A stretch of 64,000 nucleotides of DNA from Candidatus Hydrogenedentota bacterium (GTDB lineage Bacteria; Hydrogenedentota; Hydrogenedentia; Hydrogenedentales; SLHB01). Of this stretch, positions 50,784 through 61,904 are shown piece by piece (positions within the stretch are counted from its first letter, which is position 1; each line of letters opens with the position of its first letter). The notes under the pieces were generated by a model. It had not been told where the DNA came from, did no database searches, and worked only from the letters and a program-made list of their open reading frames with translations. The stretch lies in contig CAXXYE010000008.1 in assembly GCA_963674865.2 (NCBI GenBank), positions 1-64,000 of the forward strand, given 5' to 3'. A program made the translations under genes and the position numbers.

Positions 50784-52913
50784 GTGAGACAGATACTGCA
50801 ACACTTGAGAACAGGCAAGATGGAACTGGCCGATTTACCTTGCCCTCGGCCAATGCGGGGGCAGGTACTTATCAAGACGCGGGCGTCGCTTATCTCGGCC
50901 GGTACCGAGCGGATGCTCGTCGAGTTCAGCCAGGCCAACCTCATCCAGAAGGCTCGCCAGCAGCCCGATAAAGTCAAGCAGGTTCTCGACAAGATGCGAA
51001 CGGACGGCCTGATGCCGACCCTCGAGGCGGTCTTTCGCAAGCTCGATGAGCCGCTGCCTTTAGGCTACTGCAACGTCGGCACAGTACTCGAAGTCGGCGC
51101 TGGCGTGCATGATCTGGCCCCCGGCGAACGTGTGGCCTCAAACGGCAGCCACGCCGAGGTCGTTTGTGTTCCGCGGCGCCTCTGCGCCAAGGTGCCCGAA
51201 GGAGTAGGCGACGAAGCCGCGGCGTTTACGGTACTCGGCAGTATTGCGCTCCAGGGCGTCCGTTTGGCTGCGCCGACGCTCGGCGAGCGGTTCGTGGTCT
51301 TTGGCATGGGCCTCCTCGGACTTCTCACCGTGCAGTTGCTGCGTGCGAGTGGATGCGAGGTGCTGGCCGTGGATCTGAGCGAAGAGCGGCTTGCTCTCGC
51401 GGAGGCCCATGGCGCGCGGACAGTCAATATCGGCCAAGGCGGCGATCCCATTGCGGCCGCGAACGTCTGGACAGGCGGCGTGGGCGTGGACGGGGCCATC
51501 ATCACGGCTTCGGCCAAGTCCGATGCGATCGTGCATCAAGCGGCCGAATCATGCCGCAAGCGAGGCCGAATCATCCTTGTCGGTGTGGTCGGCCTCAATC
51601 TGCGGCGCGATGACTTCTACAAGAAGGAACTCTCCTTTCAGGTCTCGTGTTCCTATGGCCCGGGCCGCTACGATGAGAAGTATGAACAGGGCGGGCAGGA
51701 TTACCCACTCGGCTATGTGCGTTGGACAGAGCAGCGGAATTTCGAGGCCGTCTTGGGAGCGCTGGACGCCGGGCGCATCCGCGTCGAAGACATTGTCACG
51801 CATCGCTTTCCCTTCGGCCGTGCCATCGACGCTTACGAACAGATCAGTTCCAACGCTGGCGCCTTGGGCGTCGTGCTTGCCTATCCCGAAGAAGTGGACA
51901 CGGCTCAGGCGTTAACCGTGACGCAGGCACAGGCTCCCTCCGCTGGCCGGGCATCCGTCGGCATCATCGGTGCAGGCATGTTCGCCAACAGCATCCTGCT
52001 CCCGGCGCTCGCCAAAACGGACGCTCATCTGGCATACATCGCCGATCTTAACGCGGCGGCCGCGGGGCACGCCGCGAAGAAGTTCGGCGTCGCTCAAGCG
52101 GTGACGGATTACCAGGCCATTCTTGCGGACGATGCCGTTTCGGCGGTCTTTGTGCTCGTGGGACACCACCTCCATGCGCGCTTCGTCTGCGAAGCCCTCG
52201 AGGCGGGGAAACACGTCTTTGTTGAGAAGCCGCTGGCCATGAACGAGGAGGAGCTTGCCCAGGTGGGCGAGGCCGCCGCGGCGCACCCGGATAGGCTCGT
52301 GATGGTTGGCTTCAACCGGCGCTTCAGTCCTCACACAAGACGTATCCAGCAGGCGCTTGCCGGGCGAAACGAGCCGCTGACGCTAACCATGACGGTTAAT
52401 GCCGGCGCCATCCCGGCCGATCATTGGACGCAGGACCCCGAACGCGGCGGGGGGCGTATCATCGGCGAGGGCTGCCACTTCATTGACCTGCTCTCCCACA
52501 TCGCGGGGAGCCCGGTTGTCGCGGTCTCCTCCATGATAGTTGGGGAAGGGCCCGCGGTGCGCGATGACAAGATGGCGATCCTTCTGACATTCGGCGATGG
52601 CTCGGTTGGCAACGTCAACTATTTCGCGAATGGCTCGAAACGCTATCCCAAGGAAATGCTCGAGGTCTTCAGCGATGGGCGCGTGCTGCGGATGGAGAAC
52701 TTCCGCGTGACACGCGGTTACGGCTTCGCCGGGCTCAACAAGTTCAAGACGAGCCGGCAAGACAAGGGGCACGCCTCTGAGGTCGCGGCCTTTGTGGACG
52801 CGATCACGAAGGGAGGCGAGCCCGTCATACCCTTTGCTCAACTACACAACATCACACGCGCCACACTCGCCGCGGTTGAGTCGGCGCGGGCGCGCACGAC
52901 AATCACGCTATAG
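50784..52913 (+). CDS. Bi-domain oxidoreductase (MDR dehydrogenase plus Gfo/Idh/MocA) of polysaccharide clusters
   Basis: SLISAGTE, PLGYC, SCSYGPGRYD, HVFVEKP, GFNRRF, GEGCHFID. Confidence 0.92.
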   Translation: MRQILQHLRTGKMELADLPCPRPMRGQVLIKTRASLISAGTERMLVEFSQANLIQKARQQPDKVKQVLDKMRTDGLMPTLEAVFRKLDEPLPLGYCNVGTVLEVGAGVHDLAPGERVASNGSHAEVVCVPRRLCAKVPEGVGDEAAAFTVLGSIALQGVRLAAPTLGERFVVFGMGLLGLLTVQLLRASGCEVLAVDLSEERLALAEAHGARTVNIGQGGDPIAAANVWTGGVGVDGAIITASAKSDAIVHQAAESCRKRGRIILVGVVGLNLRRDDFYKKELSFQVSCSYGPGRYDEKYEQGGQDYPLGYVRWTEQRNFEAVLGALDAGRIRVEDIVTHRFPFGRAIDAYEQISSNAGALGVVLAYPEEVDTAQALTVTQAQAPSAGRASVGIIGAGMFANSILLPALAKTDAHLAYIADLNAAAAGHAAKKFGVAQAVTDYQAILADDAVSAVFVLVGHHLHARFVCEALEAGKHVFVEKPLAMNEEELAQVGEAAAAHPDRLVMVGFNRRFSPHTRRIQQALAGRNEPLTLTMTVNAGAIPADHWTQDPERGGGRIIGEGCHFIDLLSHIAGSPVVAVSSMIVGEGPAVRDDKMAILLTFGDGSVGNVNYFANGSKRYPKEMLEVFSDGRVLRMENFRVTRGYGFAGLNKFKTSRQDKGHASEVAAFVDAITKGGEPVIPFAQLHNITRATLAAVESARARTTITL

Positions 52914-52925
52914 CGCTTGGGGCCA

Positions 52926-54578
52926 ATGTCCATAGTCCGAACACTTCGAACCATCCGACATATCAAGGGTGGTCAGATCATCGGACAGATCCGGCGCCGA
53001 ATAGAGCCGCTCTGGGAGTCGCCTGAGTCCTTTCTCAAGATGCCTGTTCCCGATTTTGAAGGATGCCGGTGGGAACCAACCAGCCCGTTTCTCGCCCCCG
53101 GCGCGCAGGCCAACAAGGCAAACGACATCACGGCGGGGCGGTTCGTGTTCCTTAATCAGGAGGAGTTACTGGGCTGGCCGCTTGACGAATGGGACGTGCC
53201 CGAGTTGCCCAAGCTGTGGCAATACAATCTCCACTACTTTGAATGGCTCTGGGCGCTGGACTACGAATCCGTCCGGGCGGCCATTACAGATTGGGTGGAG
53301 CGGCACCCTCTTGGCAAGGGCCGCGTAGGCTGGGAGCCCTATCCTATCTCCCTGCGGCTGATGAACTGGTGCGGCGTGTGTTTTGGCAAGTTCTGCGCAC
53401 AGACAGAGTCGGACGGAGGCTTTGCTTGCCGCCTTTGGCGAAGCATCTATCGCCAAGCAGAGTGGCTCAAGCGACATCTCGAAACGCACCTCCTTGGCAA
53501 TCACCTGTTCGAAAACGGTGCGGCCTTGGCCTTTGTCGGCAGTTGTTTTCGTGGGAAAACCGGACAGGAATGGCTGGAGCGCGGCCTTGATATTCTGCGC
53601 AGGGAGATACCTGAGCAGATCTTGTCCGACGGTATGCACTTCGAGCGCTCGCCCATGTATCACGTACGGCTGACGTACTTACTGCGCCTGCTTCGCGACA
53701 CCGGCTCCGAGGAACTGTGGGACCTTGTCCAGGAGCCGTTAGAGCGCATGCAAGAGGCGCTCGCGCGTGTCTGTCATCCCGATGGCCGGATCGCCCTTTT
53801 CAACGACAGTGCCTTTGGCATCTACAATGACCCACGTGACCTCGTGGCATCCGCGTCAGCCCCGTCGCCCGGGCCCTGGGCACTTCCTGCCGCCGGCTAC
53901 TATGGCTGGTGCGGCGAGGACGACACCTACCTCGTCTGTGATGCCGGCCCTATCGGCCCGGACTACATTCCCGGCCACGCGCACGGTGACATGTTCTCTC
54001 TCGAGCTCTCTTTCAAGGGCCACCGCGTCATCGTTGACAGTGGCGTGTACGATTACGTCCCCGGCCCGATGCGGGAGTACTGCCGCTCGACGCGTGCCCA
54101 CAATACGGTTGAGATTGAAGGGCGGGATCAGTGTGAGTTCTGGAGCGCCTTTCGCGTGGCCAGGCGAGGACACCCGCACGAGGTCCGGTGGGAACCTGCG
54201 GCTCGAGGATTCAGCTTGAGTGCCTGGCATGATGGCTACCGCCGTTTGCCCGGCGCCCCTGTTCACCATCGAAAGATCACGTGGGGCGCTTCGGCCCGGC
54301 TGGAAGTGCGCGACCGGATCGAATCCCGCGCGAAAGTAGCGGCGGTCGCGCGATTGCATTTGCACCCCTCTTGCCCTGTAGAATGCCTCGACGCGCGCGC
54401 TGCCCTGGTTCATTGCTCTGAGGGGGCACTGCGGATTGTATTCTCCGGCCAGGGGGAACTCCGTTGTGAAGACTCGTTCTACTGCCCCGAGTTCGGGCGA
54501 AGTGAACCGAACGCCGCGCTGGCCTTCGCATTTGACAGCACGGAAAAGGAAGTTGGTTTTACCATCATGCCCTCGTGA
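52926..54578 (+). CDS. Heparinase II/III family protein
   Basis: LWQYNLHY, WEPYP.SLR, LGNHL, HFERSPMYH, GHAHGD, RST.AHNT. Confidence 0.9.
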   Translation: MSIVRTLRTIRHIKGGQIIGQIRRRIEPLWESPESFLKMPVPDFEGCRWEPTSPFLAPGAQANKANDITAGRFVFLNQEELLGWPLDEWDVPELPKLWQYNLHYFEWLWALDYESVRAAITDWVERHPLGKGRVGWEPYPISLRLMNWCGVCFGKFCAQTESDGGFACRLWRSIYRQAEWLKRHLETHLLGNHLFENGAALAFVGSCFRGKTGQEWLERGLDILRREIPEQILSDGMHFERSPMYHVRLTYLLRLLRDTGSEELWDLVQEPLERMQEALARVCHPDGRIALFNDSAFGIYNDPRDLVASASAPSPGPWALPAAGYYGWCGEDDTYLVCDAGPIGPDYIPGHAHGDMFSLELSFKGHRVIVDSGVYDYVPGPMREYCRSTRAHNTVEIEGRDQCEFWSAFRVARRGHPHEVRWEPAARGFSLSAWHDGYRRLPGAPVHHRKITWGASARLEVRDRIESRAKVAAVARLHLHPSCPVECLDARAALVHCSEGALRIVFSGQGELRCEDSFYCPEFGRSEPNAALAFAFDSTEKEVGFTIMPS

Positions 54579-54585
54579 GTAGGCG

Positions 54586-55827
54586 ATGCGGATTCTATTC
54601 TTCACACATTATTTTCCCCCGGAAGGCAATGCCCCGGCCTCGCGCACGTACGAGAACGCCAAGCGCTGGATCCAGGCCGGACACGACGTGACGGTGATTA
54701 CGTGTGCCCCCAACGTGCCGGATGGAGTAGTCTACGAAGGCTACAAGAACAAGCTCTATCAGCGCGACGTCGTAGACGGCATCGACGTCCGGCGCGTGTG
54801 GACGTACATCGCCGCAAACCAGGGCTCGGTTCGCCGAATTCTCAACTATCTTTCCTATATGGTGAGCGCGTTCCTCGTCTCGCTGTTCGTCAAGCGCCCT
54901 GACGTGGTCATAGCTACCTCGCCGCAGTTCTTCTGCGGATGGGCCGGCGTTCTTTTTCGGTGGATCAGGCGCGTCCCGTTCATCTTGGAGATTCGTGACA
55001 TCTGGCCCGAGTCCATTGTCGCCGTCGGCGCCATGGGCAACAGCCGCCTGATACGCCTTCTCGAATGGTTGGAGCTCAAGATGTACGCGGCGGCGGGACA
55101 TGTCGTGACGGTTGGAGACGGCTACCGGCGGAAGCTCTTGGAGAAAGGTGTAGCCGACGAGGACATCTCCATCGTGATGAACGGCGTCAACCGCGATTTG
55201 TTTCAGCCCCGTGCGCCCGATGAGAGCCTGAAGCAAACGTGGCATATCGACGGCAAGTTCGTCTGCGGCTATGTGGGAACGATAGGCATGGCCTGTGGCC
55301 TGCAGGTTGTGTTGGAAGCGGCCCGAGAACTCAAACAGCAGGGCGCCGATGATATTGCCTTCATGCTGGTGGGGGACGGGGCCATGCGCGACGATCTCGA
55401 GCGTCAAGCCACGTCAGACGGCCTCGACAACGTTATCTTCACCGGCAGGCAGCCTAAGGACTCCATGCCCGATTTCCTGGCTGCTATGGACGTCTGCCTT
55501 GTTCACCTGCGCAAAAGCGACCTATTCACAACCGTTATGCCATCGAAGATCTTCGAGGCGGGCGGCATGGGCAAGCCCATCATTAACGGTGTCGGGGGCT
55601 TTGCCGCCGAATTCATCGAGAAGGCGGGCGCCGGGATCAACATCGAACCGGAGAACAGCGGCGAACTTCTCGATGCTCTCCTTGCTCTCCGGGACGATCC
55701 GATGCGTAGCAAATCACTCGGGGAATCTGGGCGCGACTACGTTGTCACCTTCTATGATCGGGACAAGTTGGCTAAGGACTACCTCGACATCATCGAGCGA
55801 ATGCTAACCCAAGGAAGAGCCACATAA
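54586..55827 (+). CDS. Glycosyltransferase family 4 (WbuB-like)
   Basis: FPPEG.APA.R, ATSPQ, EIRDIWPES, PSKIFE. Confidence 0.92.
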   Translation: MRILFFTHYFPPEGNAPASRTYENAKRWIQAGHDVTVITCAPNVPDGVVYEGYKNKLYQRDVVDGIDVRRVWTYIAANQGSVRRILNYLSYMVSAFLVSLFVKRPDVVIATSPQFFCGWAGVLFRWIRRVPFILEIRDIWPESIVAVGAMGNSRLIRLLEWLELKMYAAAGHVVTVGDGYRRKLLEKGVADEDISIVMNGVNRDLFQPRAPDESLKQTWHIDGKFVCGYVGTIGMACGLQVVLEAARELKQQGADDIAFMLVGDGAMRDDLERQATSDGLDNVIFTGRQPKDSMPDFLAAMDVCLVHLRKSDLFTTVMPSKIFEAGGMGKPIINGVGGFAAEFIEKAGAGINIEPENSGELLDALLALRDDPMRSKSLGESGRDYVVTFYDRDKLAKDYLDIIERMLTQGRAT

Positions 55828-56927
55828 TGAAGATCATCTGCGTAGCGGGCGCACGCCCCAACTTCATGAAGATCGCGCCGCTCATGCGTGCCTTTTCGGC
55901 CGCGCCGTCCATAGAGGCGATGCTGGTTCACACCGGACAACACTATGACGAAAAGATGAGCGATCTCTTCTTCCGACAGTTGGAGATCCCCGAGCCACAG
56001 GTGAATCTGGGATGCGGCGGCGGTAGCCATGCCCAACAGACCGCCGCCATCATGACCGCCTTCGAGCCGATTGTTCTGGAGCACAAGCCGGATGTTGTTC
56101 TAGTCGTCGGCGACGTTACCTCCACCATTGCCTGTGGCCTCGTGGCCGTGAAGCTGGGCGTGAAACTGGCCCATGTCGAGGCGGGTCTGCGTAGCCACGA
56201 TCGCACGATGCCCGAGGAGATCAACCGCATTCTGACCGACGCCATTAGCGATTTGCTGTTCTGCACGGAGCAGTCAGGTGTGGATAACCTGGGCAAGGAA
56301 GGCATCCCGGAAGAGAAGGTTCATCTCGTAGGCAATGTGATGATCGATACACTGCGCCAGAACCGTGCCAAGGCCGAAGCGACCTCCGTCCTGGAGGATA
56401 TGGGTCTCCAGCCGGGCGGCTACGCCGTGATCACCCTTCATCGGCCGGCCAACGTGGACGACCCGCATGCGCTGGCCGGACTGATTGATGTGCTCGACGC
56501 CGTACAGAGCGATATGCCCGCCGTCTTTCCCGTTCACCCGCGCACGCTAAGCAATCTTGCCGCGGGTGGGTATAAGGTACGTGTGGACGCCATGGGCAAC
56601 CTCCGGCTCACCGACCCCATCGGCTATCTGGAGTTCCTCAAGCTCATGGCAAACGCCCGTATTGTCCTGACTGATTCGGGGGGCATGCAGGAGGAGACCT
56701 CGATACTCGGAGTACCGTGCTTGACGCTACGCAAGAACACGGAGCGGCCCATAACCTGCGAACTCGGCACAAATCGCCTGGTAGGAACCGACCCCGAACG
56801 GATCATCGCGGCCTACCGCGAGGCCATGGGTTCCGAAGTGGTTGGGACGCTGGACCAGTATCCGCCGTGGGACGGTCATGCGGCTCAGCGCATTGCGGAC
56901 ATACTCGTGGCTCATCACGTTCAATAG
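55827..56927 (+). CDS. wecB: UDP-N-acetylglucosamine 2-epimerase (non-hydrolysing)
   Basis: GARPNFMK, HTGQHYD, HVEAGLRS, PEEINR, TDSGGMQEE, TERP. Confidence 0.95.
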   Translation: MKIICVAGARPNFMKIAPLMRAFSAAPSIEAMLVHTGQHYDEKMSDLFFRQLEIPEPQVNLGCGGGSHAQQTAAIMTAFEPIVLEHKPDVVLVVGDVTSTIACGLVAVKLGVKLAHVEAGLRSHDRTMPEEINRILTDAISDLLFCTEQSGVDNLGKEGIPEEKVHLVGNVMIDTLRQNRAKAEATSVLEDMGLQPGGYAVITLHRPANVDDPHALAGLIDVLDAVQSDMPAVFPVHPRTLSNLAAGGYKVRVDAMGNLRLTDPIGYLEFLKLMANARIVLTDSGGMQEETSILGVPCLTLRKNTERPITCELGTNRLVGTDPERIIAAYREAMGSEVVGTLDQYPPWDGHAAQRIADILVAHHVQ

Positions 56928-56951
56928 GAGCCCTCTGGCAGGGGACGGCGC

Positions 56952-57227
56952 CTAGTCTTCCAGCGCGCTTCGCACCGTAGCGAGTTCGGAGTCGAGTTCT
57001 TGAACGAGAGCCCCCGACTCTTCATATCCATTGCGCGCGAGCAACCGCCGGGCCGTTTCGAGCGCTCGCAGCTTCTCCTCGTCCGTCGCCGGCGGGAACA
57101 TCTTTGCGTACAAGGCATCGAGTTCCGTTTGTCCGAGTAGTCGGGTAAAGAGGTCCGCCGCAAGTCCGGGATTGTTGTGCAGATACTCTTGTACTCGTTC
57201 CGTGTCAGTCCATGATGCTTCAGCCAT
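56952..57227 (-). CDS. Small acidic helical hypothetical protein
   Basis: 91-aa ORF with GGAGG RBS, downstream of the fibre-like gene. Confidence 0.7.
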   Translation of the reverse strand: MAEASWTDTERVQEYLHNNPGLAADLFTRLLGQTELDALYAKMFPPATDEEKLRALETARRLLARNGYEESGALVQELDSELATVRSALED

Positions 57228-57280
57228 GATTACCTCCGGGATTTCCTTCTGGTTTGTTCTTGCGACTGGAAGAAGGCGCC

Positions 57281-58204
57281 TTAGACTTGGGTGCCCACAA
57301 TCGTGCCGTCTCCGTTCTGCGTCGGCAGCGCGCTGTGGACTTTGAGGGTCCCATCATCCTCAACGAACAGATACCAAGGCGTTCCGTTCGGCGAACACAG
57401 CTTGATGCAGCCGGGTGCGTTGCCGCCACTTCCGTCCCACACGGTGAGCATTCCGCGTGTGCCGCCGTCTACGCCGAGCACTACGTCGCCCCCACGGGCG
57501 GTCACGTCACCATTCACATCAAGCGTGGCTGCCGGAGAGTCCGTCCCGATGCCGACCTCGCCGTTGGCCTCGATCACCATCGCCGTGGCCATGGCGGTGC
57601 CATCTGCGCCTGCCGTTCCGGAGACCTTGAAGGTTATCGCGTCTCGGCCGCTGATATTGTCCACCGCTCCGGTTATGACCAACCCACCCGATGCCCCGTT
57701 ATGATAGAGTTCTCCGAACCAAGCGGCGGGATACGAGCCGCCGTTGTAGAGAACGCGAAGGTGCGGATAGGTTCCGCTCAACGTGAGAGCTTGGTCCGGA
57801 CTGGCTGTTCCGATGCCCACCTTGTTCCCCACACTGTCCACGTGAAGCGTCTTCGTATCCACGGTAAGGTTCCCGGCCACGCTGAGGGCCGCCACGGCAT
57901 AGGTGCCCGTGCTGTCCAGTTTGTTCGCGTCCACTGCGTCGTCAGCCAGCTGCGCGGTGTCGACGGTCCCGGCTTGAATCTTCGTTCCGTCGATATTGCC
58001 GTTCGTATCCGTCAACGTCTGGGGCGTTGAGCCGGCGGCGATCACGCCCTTGATGGCCACGTCTCCGTCTGTGGCAAGGTTGCCCGCATTGTCGATTTCC
58101 AGGCCGCCCGCGGGCGACGTCCCTTTCGGATCCGCGCCATAACCCCCGCCAATCCGCAAGGACTCGCGGCTCACGACGCCTGAAGGTATATTCGGCAAGC
58201 TCAT
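57281..58204 (-). CDS. Tail-fibre-like beta-repeat protein
   Basis: G/T/D-rich; VGIGTASP and VGIGTDSP..LDVNG repeats; TVDTAQLADDAVDANKL; C-terminal L.SPNGT.W.L.VEDDG.L; no signal peptide; AAGGGAG RBS. Confidence 0.6.
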   Translation of the reverse strand: MSLPNIPSGVVSRESLRIGGGYGADPKGTSPAGGLEIDNAGNLATDGDVAIKGVIAAGSTPQTLTDTNGNIDGTKIQAGTVDTAQLADDAVDANKLDSTGTYAVAALSVAGNLTVDTKTLHVDSVGNKVGIGTASPDQALTLSGTYPHLRVLYNGGSYPAAWFGELYHNGASGGLVITGAVDNISGRDAITFKVSGTAGADGTAMATAMVIEANGEVGIGTDSPAATLDVNGDVTARGGDVVLGVDGGTRGMLTVWDGSGGNAPGCIKLCSPNGTPWYLFVEDDGTLKVHSALPTQNGDGTIVGTQV

Positions 58205-58530
58205 CTGTCTGCTCTCCCTTATCTCTGCCCTTACCTGCCGGGCGCATGTACTGGCGGCAAACGCCCTATCCCTACCTATTAGCCCAGGGCGTTGCACCCG
58301 ATACGCCTGCAAGTCATTCTATCGCCGTGGATTGCGCGTGGCGTGACGTGTTGGCCCGTGCCCTGAGGGGCTGGATTCCGCACGCATGGCAGGCCGACCG
58401 CCATCGAGTCCGGGCACGCTTTCATCCCGAACAGCGGGCGGCATATACTACGGCCGCTCCCAAGTAAGTGAGAGCCTTTCTTCTTTCGTGCAAGTCTTCG
58501 AGGGCGTCTCAGACGCGCTGCCATGTCGGA

Positions 58531-61500
58531 ATGACGGATGTGAACAAGAACCGTACAGAAATGGCCGGGCAACGGGAGCATCGCTGTAGGTTCCCGATTG
58601 TTGCCGTAGTGGCTGTGGCGGCATCGGGACTTGTCGCGGTAGCCCTGGTTCTGGTTCGGGATCTTCCCCCATTTCTCCTGGCCAGCGTCCCTCTGGCGTT
58701 CGCCGCAGCAATAGCCCTCCTTTGGAGCAGCCACTGGGCACTTTGCTTTGTCGCCTTTGCCATCACCCCTCTAAACGTCTTGCAGTACGAGCTTTTCGGC
58801 GTAACGCTGAATCTGCCTGAGGCGTTGATTCTTGCCTTGGCCGGCAAGGAAGCACTGCGCATCATCCTTGGCAGGGAACGCCTGACGTCGCTCTTGCCCC
58901 TCCCGGCCCTTGTCCTATACGGGACTGCGGCCGTGGTCGGCATCGCCACCGGGATAGCGCACCGAAACGGCCTGGTGCGCGTGTTGCAGGATTTCAGGCA
59001 ATTCACCGAGTTCATTCTGCTGTTCTGGCTCGTCCTCCAGAAGGTGACCACGCGACGCCAGGCGTTTCAGATAGCTCTGTGCTATGTTGCGGGCGCCACG
59101 CTCATTGCGATTCATGGGATCGTGCAGCATTACCTGCCCATCGGCGTTTCCCCCACTCAGATAGCGAGCGACCTCGCCCTGTACAAACAGGTGCGGAGCG
59201 GCTCGTTCTACGGGGCCACCACCCTCGGGGGATTGATGGTACTCGCTGTGGGACCTGCGGCCGGTCTCGCGATCTCTACCGAACGCCGTTCCGTAAGGTT
59301 GGTTTTGGTAATCTGCATCATCTTGTGCCTTATCGCGGCTGTCTACACAAAGACGCGCGCCTCGTGGATGGCCATGGCGTTCTTGTTGCTCCTCATGGCG
59401 CTGGCGCTTCGGCCCTCGGTAAGAACGGTTGGCGTGGTTGCCGCTGTGGCGCTTGTTCTTGCGGCGGCGATGGGGCCGTCCATTGCGCGTCGGCTATCTA
59501 CACTCAGTGATCCGCACATGGACCGCTCCTTCATGGGCCGCGCTCAGTACTACACCGCCGCAGGGCACATTGCGCGCGCGCACCCCATCCTCGGCCTCGG
59601 CTGGGGCTGCTACTACGACAGCGACAAGATTCTCGCCGCCGAACGCTACGTAGCGACCCCTCGCCCTCCTGACGCCCGCGACGCAACGGTGCACAGCGCC
59701 TATCTTCAACTGCTAGTCAAGACGGGTCTCTTCGGGCTCCTGAGTTTCCTCGTGATCGCCTTGGTATGGGTCGAACGGATCTGGCGGACCCGAGACCTCG
59801 TGGCAAGCCACGACCGGCGTGATGCTCTGTTCGTCGGCGTCTCAGCCGGCGTCGCCGGCTACCTGGCCCATAGCGCCCTCGAGAACTTCTTCCAATGGCC
59901 GGTGATGGCCCAATCCTTGTGGCTTCTCCTCGGCCTATCCTTTGCAATGGCACACTGGGCCGAAAGCCGTAAACCCTCCTACCGTGGCCCGATGGTGCTC
60001 GTGGGAAGCGGCGCGGCGCTTTTTCTATCATTTGTGTATGCCGCCACGTGGCTCGAGACCTCGGATCCCGGGCGCTTCGAGCAGAACTACGCCAATGCGG
60101 TGCAAGAAGGGAACATGCAGAAGGCCTTTGAAATCGCCCAGCGTGCGCCCCTGGTAAACCCGTTTGACCCTATGGCGCACACAATCTACGGCCGGGCCTT
60201 GCTGGAACGTGGCGACGAGGTCGGAGCGCTTGACAGTCTGAACCAAGCGGTTATGCTGCGGAAGGACTCCAGTGCCCGCCGGCGGGAAACACGACGGCCC
60301 TATTACTTCGCTCCCGCCCGCCTGACGCTCGGGAAGTACTACCTCGAGCACGGCCGGCCCCTCGAGGCCCTTCGCAGTTTCGAACTGGCCCGCGCCTACG
60401 ATGTGCCCGCCGATGAGAAGTATGAGCAGTTCCATGCCGCGCTCTACCAGGCCTATGCCCAACAGGGGCTTTGGGCGCGGGCCCTTGAGTTCGGCGAGCC
60501 ATCGGAAACGGAACTGGACGGTATGGGTGGGGAGGCCCTAGCCGCAGTCGCCCGCGTCTGCGAAGGAAGTCGAGACTGGACGCTTGCTCATGAAGTGGCT
60601 GAACGATTGGCCAAGCTCCCAGGCTTCGAAGTGGAGGCGCAGTATATCCTTGGGCGGACCTTCCTTGCGCAGAACTTGTATGAGGAATCCCTTGTTCATT
60701 TACAGCAAGCCGCTTCGAGCGGGCGCGTTCAGGCGGCGTACTACCTCGGCGCCGCCTACGAGCGGGCCGGCCAGTTAGACCAGGCCATCCAGGCATATGT
60801 CTCCTCGAGAACCGACGATCCGTACCGGCTGTTCGCGCTGGCCAAGGCACTGGCACTCGTATCGGCCGCTTCTGGAAACGATCGGCGCGGCGCCACGGCG
60901 ACGCCGGAGGAACTGCGCCATGAACTCGGCGCCGAGTTAGCCCGCATGCAGGCATTGCCGCAGCCCTCCGGGCGAGATGGCCAACACCGGCTGACACCCC
61001 TAAGCTTCGCGGTTTCTGACACTTATAGAGCTTCTGGCGGACGTTTTCCTGTTGTGGTTCGGTGGCGAGACGAACAAGTGCGAGACGCCCCTTTGACCTG
61101 TACTTCCCTGCCAAGCTCAGGTAAGGAGGAGCCCATCCTGCTCTTGCGGACAGGCGATAACGTGCTCCAACTGCAATGGGTTGAGAACCAGGTTTACTGG
61201 CAAGGCGTCGAGCGCCTTCGACTTGGCGATGGGCCGGTACCTGGATGGACCGATACCGCGCGCGACTGGTTTGGGGCGCGCTCTGACTACGCCGTACGAA
61301 TCGAGCACGGTGAGGATGGCGATCCCTTTCTGACCCTTGTCAAGGCTACTTGGCTGAACAGTGTGCCCGTCGAGATACACGACGGGGGTGGACTATCTAC
61401 TCGCGGGCCGCTTCAGAGACGCCCAAGGCAAGGGCTTCTTCGGCTGGCAATTCGCGGATGAAGAGGAGCACGTCCAGTTCGAGGACGACCTTTCCGGACC

Positions 61501-61666
61501 AAAAGCCCACAATGCATGGACGTATGGAACAAGCTGTCTGAAGCCCTGTCCCGAGTGGAAGGCGATGTGCGTCCGACTCAGTGCCGCGCGCCATCCCCAA
61601 GGGCTTGCGTACGATGACGCGATGCTCGTAGCGATCCGCGAGCCCGACCCGGCCCTGTGGGAGTAG
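58531..61666 (+). CDS. O-antigen ligase/polymerase family membrane protein with TPR region, +1 frameshift in a G5 run at 61384-61388
   Basis: Multi-TM region with TRASW, HPILGLGWG, HSAYLQLLVKTG; TPR-like repeats; continuation DYLLAGRF in the next frame; start approximate. Confidence 0.82.
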
Positions 61667-61904
61667 TGTCGACACGATCCGCCCGGATATCTTCTTGCTT
61701 TGTCGTTCCAGTTTCCAGGTAAGTCCTTTCACCAAGAACTTGGCGCATGGGCCTGTTCGCTCTTTGGAGTTGCGACGCAAGATCGAGTATGTTGTTATAT
61801 CCGCCGACACGAGACACGTGTTTTAGTCTGAAGTGGTCGCTTCGCGGCGAGGACGACCGGCCGGGCGCCCAGTGTTGCCCGCAAGAGCGCGAGGTGCGAG
61901 AACC

